In this document: positions 50,378 through 59,779 of the stretch, piece after piece
Layout of the letters: every line of letters starts with the position of its first letter
Position numbering within the stretch: the first letter of the stretch is position 1
DNA from: Macrostomum hystrix
Taxonomy: Eukaryota; Animalia; Platyhelminthes
DNA length: 64,000 bases
NCBI GenBank assembly: GCA_950097015.1
Contig: CATNEN010000007.1
Coordinates: 1,736,001 to 1,800,000 of the forward strand
Direction: 5' to 3'
Notes under the pieces: model-generated
The model's input: the letters and a program-made list of their open reading frames with translations, nothing else
Database searches by the model: none
What the model was told of the DNA's origin: nothing
Translations under genes and position numbers: made by a program

Positions 50378-51045
50378 ACCTGTAACAGTGGTCCTGAAGA
50401 ACCTGTAACAGTGGCCCTAAAGATCCTGTAACAGTGGTCCTGAAGAAATTTTAGCAGTGGCCCTGAAGAAATTTTAAGTGGCCCTGAAGAACCTGTAACA
50501 GTGGCCCTAAAGAACCTGTAACAGTGGTCCTAAAGAACCTGTAACAGTGGCCCTAAAGAGCCTGTAACAGTGGCCCTGAAGAACCTGTAACAGTGGCCCT
50601 AAAGAACCTGTAACAGTGGTCCTGAAGAACCTGTAACAGTGGTCCTGAAGAACCTGTAACAGTGGTCCTGAAGAATCTGTAACAGTGGTCCTGAAGAACC
50701 TGTAACAGTGGCCCTAAAGAACCTGTAACAGTGGCCCTAAAGAACCTGTAACAGTGGCCCTGAAGAACCTGTAACAGTGGCCCTAAAGAACCTGTAACAG
50801 TGGCCCTAAAGAACCTGTAACAGTGGCCCTAAAGAACCTATAACAGTGGCCATAAAGAACCTGTAACAGTGGCCCTGAAGAACCTATAACAGTGGCCATA
50901 AAGAACCTGTAACAGTGGCCCTGAAGAACCTGTAACAGTGGCCCTAAAGAACCTGTAACAGTGGCCCTAAAGAACCTGTAACAGTGGCCCTGAAGAACCT
51001 GTAACAGTGGCCCTAAAGAACTTGTAACAGTGGCCCTAAAGAACA
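50378..51045. repeat. 23-bp minisatellite (AGAACCTGTAACAGTGGCCCTAA)
   Basis: Directly visible. Confidence 0.95.
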
Positions 51046-51439
51046 GATTAAAATGATATTTTTCCTTTTAAGCGTAGTCTTCAAAGCTAATCAATCTTTT
51101 ATTACAAAAAACATAACACTAACAAAAAACGAAACCATAGTTAACACATCGTGTTCATCAACACCAAAAGTCAAGCAGTTTATTGTGTCTAAATTTTAGT
51201 GCTTAACAGGAGCTTAAAATGCTTAATAAAGTGTGTTTTCAATTTATCTCTGAATTTAATGGTTTACAAAATCATGTAAAAAACAGTGACAATTTTAAAA
51301 ACGAAAAAAGCTTTGGCAAATCTGATAACAAAAAACAGGGCATACTTAAACCCGAGGAAATGTTCTGAATATGGAGCAAATATGAAAGATTTCCAGAATC
51401 CCAGATGTAGGAGTGGTATAATAAGCAGCATTTGCTACC

Positions 51440-51910
51440 CTAATTGTTCTGCGCCGGCGGCGGCACAACAATGACTGGCAGCTGAGAATGCTGCAGCACA
51501 AAGTCGCTGACGCTGCCAAGAAATGTGCGCCGAATCAGACCGGAGCCCCGACTGCCTAACACAATGAGATCGACAGCTTCCTCATTGGCCACCTGGACAA
51601 TTGCCGCGCCGGCTCCATTGCCGATGCGTTCAAGGAAAGTCAATTGACTAGCAGACGATGCTAAGCCCAGCTTAGCGCATTGCGTTTTCATTTCTAGTGC
51701 GAGAGCGCGACCTTCTGCCACCGAATCGTTGATGGCGCCGGCATATAGCTCGGGACTGGACAGGCTGGGACTGAACACTGGTGGCTCGGCAACAAATAGG
51801 AATAACAGTGTCGTTTTCTCTGGTTCGCAGCGCTTAGCATAAGTGCGAGCAAACCAAATCAGTGCTCGCTTGGCGTGCTCACTGCCATCGATTGGAAAAA
51901 GCACCTTCAT
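51440..51910 (-). CDS. Universal stress protein (UspA domain) 2, intronless (156 aa)
   Basis: MKVLFPIDGSEHAKRAL...VAEPP...AIVQVANEEAVDLIVLGSRGSGLIRRTFLGSVSDFVLQHS. Confidence 0.93.
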   Translation of the reverse strand: MKVLFPIDGSEHAKRALIWFARTYAKRCEPEKTTLLFLFVAEPPVFSPSLSSPELYAGAINDSVAEGRALALEMKTQCAKLGLASSASQLTFLERIGNGAGAAIVQVANEEAVDLIVLGSRGSGLIRRTFLGSVSDFVLQHSQLPVIVVPPPAQNN

Positions 51911-53420
51911 GACTGCAATATAAGACGTCTTTTGGATATTAAAAATGAACTAAATATTATCATTGTCACATCAAATATATTTATCAAATTAATCTTTTTT
52001 TTTTCAAGCAGTTACAACTCAAACTCAAGCAGTTATTCCTAAATAAATTGCTCAATTCCCAACTTAAGTAAGTGATCAAATAATAATGTGATAATGGAGA
52101 TAAGTGGTTGTTGAAGCAAAAAAAGTAGAGTAAATAATTTAATATTTAAGTATTAAGTAGGCCTAGTTATCATGGGATTTAAAACTTGCCAGGCAACAAA
52201 AAGCAAGCCTGTTTTAGTGCAACAATTTTCCACCTCGACTACTGCCTAGTGCCATTAAAGAAAATGCATAGAAGACCCCTGATTTCTAGTTTGGGCATAG
52301 GTATAGGCTGTTAAAGACTAAAAAAAACTCCAAGGTTTGGGGGAATAAGGGGAAATATGTATAGTGTCTCACAACATCATAGATATTGTGTACAAATTGT
52401 GGCAATAACCAAAACCCAGGTCAGTAGGGGTAAGATAGGGGTCCCTATACTACTTATGATGCTCATCTTAATAACTTATATCTGGGTTGACAAAAAATGA
52501 CTAAGAAATGATCTTTTTAGCAAGACTTTTAAGCACTTTTTAGTATGATCCCTTTAATGTAAAAAACTAAATAGAACAAAGAATAGAACATAGGATAGAT
52601 CAATGGAGGGGGCAATTGAGAAATGCCAGAAGAAATGATAGAAGTTTCCAGAACATCAGGATACAGAAAATAGCAATTCAATAGAATAGGGTAGTGGTTG
52701 ATTAAATTAAAACAATTATTACAAACTGAGTGAGTTTTTGGCATAGTTTTGTTGAACCACTTGAAATTATCTTAATATATGCTTAATTACAGTCCTATTA
52801 ATAGGACCCTAACAACCCAGAAACAAACATACATAATATCCAAGGTATGTGGACCCTCTGCAAGTCCAAATTTTGTAACATGTATAAAACCAACAACAAC
52901 CTGTTAAAGGTGTAACTTAAACAGGAGTTTATGCAACATTAATTCTTCTCTGAATGTCAGTTTGGCACATCTGTATTGAATTGTAGATTATTATCCTCTG
53001 TGACTCTTATTTGACTTAATTGCCATGGCTTGACTAGCTGGACTTGCTCCTTAGGCTCAAAAACTTACTACTGAACTTACTATATTGTGTCAATGCATCT
53101 CTAATGCACCTAGCTGAAGTTGTGTGGCTCAGCCACAGTTGTGAATCTACAAGGCCAATACAATAACTAAAATATAAATTATAAAATACTAGACTCAGAG
53201 TTAGTTGACTTTGGCTACTTTTCATTTAACAACAACATTGTAGTTATTAGGCCTACCATTAGGCCTATAGCCTAGTTCACAGCATAAAAAATAAAAAAAA
53301 CTAATGAAAACACAACTTAAAATATCGTTGGTGCAGTAAGTAAGATATTTTAGGATTTTAGGTGCCTGAAAGTCAAATATGAATGTTTAGAATGCTTAGA
53401 ATGTTAACAACAGAAGATGC

Positions 53421-53515
53421 GGCAAACTCCTAGTTATTAAATTATTTTTACACTTAAAATCTTTTAAAAGTTAAAATGGGGCACGTGAAAGTTAAAATGA
53501 CAGTTGGAGTTTGCC
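53421..53515. mobile_element. 95-bp MITE with 10-bp TIR (GGCAAACTCC) and 8-bp TSD (GAAGATGC)
   Basis: TIRs at 53421-53430 and 53506-53515; identical GAAGATGC at 53413-53420 and 53516-53523. Confidence 0.75.
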
Positions 53516-53942
53516 GAAGATGCTCAGAGTTTTATAAGAAACCAATGTTAGTGAAACTAATCGACAGTCTGCGGACATCTCGAAGTATATATTTTTTTCC
53601 TAAATTTATATAATTATAGTATATTATCATTAATAGACTGTTTTTGTGAAAAGTTTTTACCACCTAGTACTGATTTGTTTTATCCTTTTTTTACAATTTA
53701 AACCACTATTTTTGTAGGAATTAAACTGCGTGCCTTGCAATTAACACATTAATTAGCACTAGGGCCTACCAACCGACATTCCAGTATCAACTAACATATA
53801 ATAAAATTGCACATTCATAGGCCCTGTAAAAGAAAAGTGATAATAAAGTTGTAACGCCGTCCAGTTAGTTGGTATGCTTGTAGACACTAGGGAAATCTGA
53901 TCTAAGTAATAGAGTAAAGGCAGAGCTTATTCTATTCCCCCA

Positions 53943-55511
53943 GTCCCGTGCCGATAATTTCAATTTTATCCACACAGATCCATGCCGATAATTTTCTGCT
54001 TATCGACACGGCAGCTTGTATGAATACGTCTACAACTCTTTATATATGCCATGCACGGTTCTGTTCTTTGAAACTAGGCCCTTTCGGGTTTGAACGTTTT
54101 GTTGAACCCTCGAGCCAATAGATCGACAAAGTTGCCAGTGTGTTACGACAGTGTTCTACATTTCAACCTACACATTCATTAACCGACAATTATGTCATAC
54201 TTTTTAATTATTGTATTAACAACTTACTAAATCTTTTGTCATCTTTACATGTTTTCATTCAAATTGTATTGACTTATAAAGTAAGAAGTCTATCCAAGAA
54301 AATCATACAAGTCAACCAGCAGAATTCTAGTCAGCACCAAACTCGTCACACATTATACATCATTGTTATTCTTTTACACTATGCATTGATAGTGTACACT
54401 ATAGACTATACTTTGAAGCAAAAGCCTTATGCTCAAAGAAAAATAGGTAGGGACTTGAAAGTAGACCTATTCATACAAGCTGCCATGCCATGTGGATAAG
54501 CAGAAAATTATCATCACAGCTCCGTGTGGATAAAACTGAATTTGATGGCACGGCAAATATAAAGAGTTGTAGACCTATTCATACAAGCTGCCATGTGGAT
54601 AAGCAGAAAATTATCGGCATTGTTATAGGGCTATTTTCTTTGTTATGTATTTATCTCAATGATGCTACCAAAGTTGTACCAGGTCTTTACTTCTTAAGCT
54701 AATTAATTATATAATTTCAACGAATGCTACCAAAGTTGTTGCAAGGCAAAATTATTAATTAAGATCCCACCGCTGTTGACTTAATTTAATAGATATTTAA
54801 CTGGCGGTCCTTAAATGGGCCGTTTTAACTTCTCAAATGGTAGTGTATATGTTTGCATGAGCGGTAATTAGGCAACTGTATGCGTTTCCAGTCAATTAGG
54901 CGTCCCCGAGATTAGAGTTTAGCAGTTTCCCTTCTGTAGTATTCTTAGTATAATTCTGAGTATAATTCTTAGTATAATTCTTAGTATAATTCTAAGGATG
55001 GTTCTGAGTATGGTTCTGAGTATGGTTCTGAGTATAGTTCTGAGTATAGTTCTCAATATTCTCCTCTCTTATAAAATGAACAATGCAATATACTCCTTTC
55101 ACAAGGCACTCTTTTTTATGTCTTGAATACACTTATGATTCTGACTCTTAAAGCACTGTAAAGCAAGTAGCCAGCAAATAGCGCCTTCAAACGGCCTTCT
55201 TTATTTTTGGTCACAGATTGCGGCTATTTATATACAGTGAAACTTAGCGTTTGTTTAAATTGAAACATTTTACATAATAATATTTACATGGTAGAAAGTA
55301 AAATAAAATATTTATATACAGTAGGGCCTATTATTTTTTATGACAGTAAAAAGTAAAGCAAAATATTTTTTGGCGCATTTTTAATTTTTTAATTTTTACT
55401 AATTTTATAATGTAAGAAATGATAAAACATATATACAAAAATGAAAACCTTTAAAACACACTACCACAGCATGGATCTGTGTAGATAAAATTGAAATTAT
55501 TGGCACGGGAC
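53943..55511. mobile_element. Non-autonomous element bounded by long inverted repeats, right arm interrupted
   Basis: 53943-53985 is the reverse complement of 55469-55511 (41/43 identical); 53983-54050 is the reverse complement of about 54548-54620. Confidence 0.65.
54621..55468. mobile_element. 848-bp TGT...ACA insertion with 4-bp TSD GCAT (solo-LTR-like)
   Basis: GCAT at 54617-54620 and 55469-55472; removing the insert restores the inverted-repeat arm TATCGGCATGGATC. Confidence 0.6.
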
Positions 55512-56124
55512 CGTGGCAATAAGCACTTCCTAAAGTAAATAGCAAAGAAAACTACTACTAGGCTACTGATTATTGAGATGGACAATTTAAAACTCAAATG
55601 TCAAAATTCTAAATTTGGGTAAAGCACAAAGACATCAATTAAAAAACAAAATTTTGCTAGCATTGGTTGGACACGCACCCTAGCCTACCTTAAATCATAG
55701 AGATGACAAAGTGTCTTCAAGTCTTGGTCACTATGTTTTTCATCCTCTTAGACCCTGGACAATTAGTCATCTAATGGATGAAAAAGCAAATTATGAAGCG
55801 TCCAGGAACCTAAAATTAATATCTACTTTTTAGTAAATGTGTTATAACATATTAAAGGCCTATCAAATTATATTTAGTTATTGGTAATGGTAGAGCCAGA
55901 GGCCACTTAAATGTTTACTGGCCTAGCCACCTAGTGTAACTATATATTTACAATTTGTATATAGCTAATTTTGATAATAAAGGCTGTCTGTTTTTTCTGT
56001 TAAGGATACAAATGCCAAATTTTGGCTCTTTTTGAGGCATGGCTATCATAAGATACAACATTAAATAAATGGTTGCCATGTCCCTAATAGGCCTTGTTAG
56101 TCTTATAGATTAGATTTATATTAG

Positions 56125-56420
56125 GCTTACAGCAGAGGTTGTTGGACTCACGACTTGAAGGTCGGGGGTTTGATTCCCGACTCCACTGGAACAATTTGCG
56201 TCCTTTAGCAAGACACTTAACTCTGCATTGCTTCAGTTCACCCAGCTGTTAAATGGGTACCAGCATCAGCTGGGATAATTGAAGGTGGGTGTGGCGTCCC
56301 CCCAGTCCGTGGACTGAACAGCTGTACGCAGCCTTCAGATGTGCTGCGCATTAGCTGCGGCTGTGCTGTCGGCTGCACATCTGACCCAATTGGGGCAGGT
56401 GTAATCAATTATCAATTCAG
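56125..56420 (+). mobile_element. SINE family B (tRNA-derived, CORE-like)
   Basis: GGTTTGATTCC B-box; central AGCAAGACACTTAACTCTGCATTGCTTCAGTTCACCCAGCTGTTAAATGGG resembles the MIR/CORE block GGCAAGTCACTTAACCTCTCTGAGCCTCAGTTTCCTCATCTGTAAAATGGG. Confidence 0.75.
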
Positions 56421-57252
56421 TTGAAATTTATGACAGAAAGACAAGAAAACAAAAATGCAATACACTAGTAAAAAACATAGGCACAAGGCTATAAACAGCA
56501 CAAAAATAAAAATGAAGCATGAAAACAATAAAAACCAAGAATCAAGGCAATTGTTAACTTACAAATATAAAAAAGTATGCAATTATATAATAATATATTT
56601 TAATTCAGTTAACATTTACAAAAAATAGAATTACATTGGGATTTGTCTTTAATCATATGGCCCAAGCAGTTGCTATCAAATTGGTTGCTACTGTCAATTT
56701 AGAGTTTGGACAAAATCTTGTGTTGTTCAAATCTCAGTAAGATGTCAACCATTTTCTTATTAATTTGCAATCTCAAGTTCTTTTGAGAACTTGGGCATTT
56801 TGGTTATTGTTATTAATGCTTTCTAAAACAAAGGTAGAATAGTAAAATGTTTGAATAAGCAAAATTTTCATACAGTTTAAAACTTAAAATGTTTTGTAAT
56901 TTGTATACACAAAAATAACATGGATCTAGATAAATGAGTATAATCTATGTAAAATGTTAAAATCTTAATGCTAATTATTTTGTGAACAACACTGCCTCTG
57001 TGTATATAAATATATATTTTTAAATAGTTTTTGCTATAATGGAACATTTAGCTCCTACCTATAGTGCAATGATAGTAATGTTACCAGCCTGTCAAAATTA
57101 AATTTATGTTCACACATTATTTTTTGCGCCTGTATAGATTGTATAATGTTTATATGCTTTTTTACAATTATCTGGTCTAGCACATCACTGTACCTATTTG
57201 AACCGATAAAAAGTGAAGCAAAGCATTTGTTTGACCCTCAGTCGCAGGCAGC

Positions 57253-57858
57253 ATGGCAGCTGGCAGTCAGCTGTCAAATCTGCCACTGGGTAGCTCCATA
57301 GCACAATCTGGAACATCATCAAGTGTGACAGCTGCTCCGCCAACCACAACTACTTTGCTAATCATTGACGAATCGCAAACAAGGCGGCGCAGAACCTCAG
57401 GCGATCAAATTGATCAGCATCAGCAGCAGCAGCAGCCGCAGCAGCATCAGTTATTTCTACTTCGCGATCGCCTGTCATCCGGTTCTAGCGTTGTGCTAAT
57501 CAGCAAAGATGAGATTGGTTCAACAACGTCAACTAGGCGAAGACTGCGCGAGGCGGCCAAGAACGCCAAGGAGCGAGAGAGAGTCAAGGCCGAGCGGCGC
57601 GGCCTGCCGCTGAAACCAGTCGGCCGGCACCTGTTCTCGCCGCCTCCGCCGCAGCAGCAGCATCAGCAAAGGCTTGATGATGGCGGAGGTGGCGGTGGTT
57701 ATTATTCGACTAGGCAGCGGCATCACCAACGCGGGTCCAGCGGCGGCTCCGGGGAGACATTCGGCTTGCTGGCCTTGTCATCATTGTCAGCGTCTAGAAG
57801 CTCGTCAACTTCGCCGCCTCCCAGGCATCGGCTAGACAGATCAATGGGCTCGGCCTGA
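57253..57858 (+). CDS. Hypothetical low-complexity protein (201 aa) with a basic RRRLREAAKNAKERER patch
   Basis: GC-rich ATG-initiated ORF within AT-rich flanks; polyQ/G/S composition like the real exons in this window; no recognisable domain. Confidence 0.5.
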   Translation: MAAGSQLSNLPLGSSIAQSGTSSSVTAAPPTTTTLLIIDESQTRRRRTSGDQIDQHQQQQQPQQHQLFLLRDRLSSGSSVVLISKDEIGSTTSTRRRLREAAKNAKERERVKAERRGLPLKPVGRHLFSPPPPQQQHQQRLDDGGGGGGYYSTRQRHHQRGSSGGSGETFGLLALSSLSASRSSSTSPPPRHRLDRSMGSA

Positions 57859-58091
57859 ACCATCATTTTCAACAAACTTATTCTTAGAGCCACTTGTTCT
57901 ATGGTTAGTAATTATTTGCTTTGTTTACAGTTTTCCTATTGGATCTTACTATTTACAGAAATTTATGTTTTGCGTTATAGGAATACATTTGTAGCCTTTC
58001 TATTGCAATCCAATCCTTGATAAGGTATTTATTTTCATGATCTTTGCTAAGTTGATTAATATCATAAGCATTTAATGATGGATTTAAAAAG

Positions 58092-58420
58092 GTCTCTGTG
58101 GCAAAGCGGTTAACGCGTTTGCCTCCCGCACCAAGGTCCCTGAGCTCGATTCCGCGGCGAGGCCACATTTATTTGGGGCGCAGCCGCGGAGAGAAGGCTT
58201 GGGGGCTTATCGTGCAATCTACGCCCTTGAGGGCCACAACCTCCAAGGCACAGTGAAAGTGTACACTGCCTGACGATGAGAAAGTCAGGGCAGATGTACA
58301 CACCTGTGTGCGTGTGTGCTCAGGAGTCAGCGAAATGGGCAGAATTGCCTCCTCGCTGGCTGCGGGTCTAGTGTCACTAAATGATGTGGCAGTACGTACA
58401 GCCCTCCTGTAGTTATTGTT
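58092..58420 (+). mobile_element. SINE family A, apparently full-length (about 330 bp)
   Basis: tRNA-like head TGGCAAAGCGG...GAGCTCGATTCC; body shared with 1470-1712, 6955-7068 and 26430-26690. Confidence 0.85.
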
Positions 58421-59779
58421 TTTACACTAAGGTGTTAAATTCTAATTCTCAATAAGATATTTATTTCATCAGACCCTCCTACTCTCAAACATCCTAATTC
58501 CTTCATAAGGTACATATAGTTATTTTTCAAGGATCAGTTTCTGAAGTTAGCTTCAGGTTCGATCCAATGATTCGAGTATGTTTTGCTTTAATAAATAGCC
58601 TTTTTTATTTGTAATTCTTCAGTGTTAACCCAAAACTTCTGTCTTCAGTTAGTTTCTCTTGTTGGTTTTTTGCTTTGGTGCAAGTAGATTTTGTAGTAGC
58701 TGATCTTATTTTAATGAATATATCGATATTTTTTCTATAATGCGTAGAATTTTACCTCAAGCCATGGTGTTGTTACATTTTTTGACTAATTCTATGTGTA
58801 AATTAAAAATACACTTATCTATTGACCTGTCAATCGTTCGTCTTGATTTAAAATTCTACTATGTAGCAGACAAAATGTTCTATTTTTCTGTCGGGTTCAA
58901 GAAATTATTTTTTTTATAGCAATCTATTTTTTAATGTTAATTTAATTCAGAATTTTCATATTTTGCTCAACTTTGCTGTTTGAAAGGAATGTAACACAGA
59001 CATCGAATTAACACTGTGATGCAAGCACAATATCCTTTCTATTTGCCTGTCTTTTTTATCCCTTATGATGTGTAGAGAAGCTCTATATGCCTCAATAATT
59101 GTACAGCACAGCCATTTACGCAGATTATGTATCTTTTCTTTTGCACTTTGCAATTCCGTCCAAGCGCTAATTTCTTATTCTTACTACTCATAGTAGCTGA
59201 CCAAGATTTTCTTTCGATAAGTAGATGTAGATTGCTTGTTGATAATCTTGTGCAACCCAAATGCTGTCCGCTTACATCTTTATATTTATATTGCCGAAAG
59301 CCTTCTTTTCCTAAGCATACTATTTATATTTAGTCTCTTACAGAGTGTATATACCTTGCAGAATTAAATTAACTCTGCACAGAAATTAAATATTCTAATT
59401 TGCTAAATTTCTAAGCAAGCAATAAATACCTTTTTTTCTAAGGCCATTAAGTTTTTGAAACTATTTTTTTCGATCAATACTGTCAGCCTTTACAGCTAGC
59501 AAACTGTTCTCTACAGGAGTGCGTCTTCCGACTTTTCATTGTACTTTTTACTGATTAGCATTCACTAGGCTAGTTTAGTTGTCAGTCAAATTTATCTAGG
59601 GAATATGTCAATTGATCCAATGTCTAGAAGACAATGATATTGTTTCTGTGTTTAGAAATTACTCGCCAATCTTGACCACTGTGAATCCCTCAACTATTGA
59701 ACCACTAGCTTCTTTGAAAATGCGGTTCCTTTGATTTAATAGTTGTCTTATAAAAATTATTCCCACATTTATACAAAAA

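Noticed and set aside
47905-51045. Regularly spaced repeats resembling CRISPR arrays
   Set aside because: Units are head-to-tail with no unique spacers, there are no cas genes, and the context is eukaryotic.
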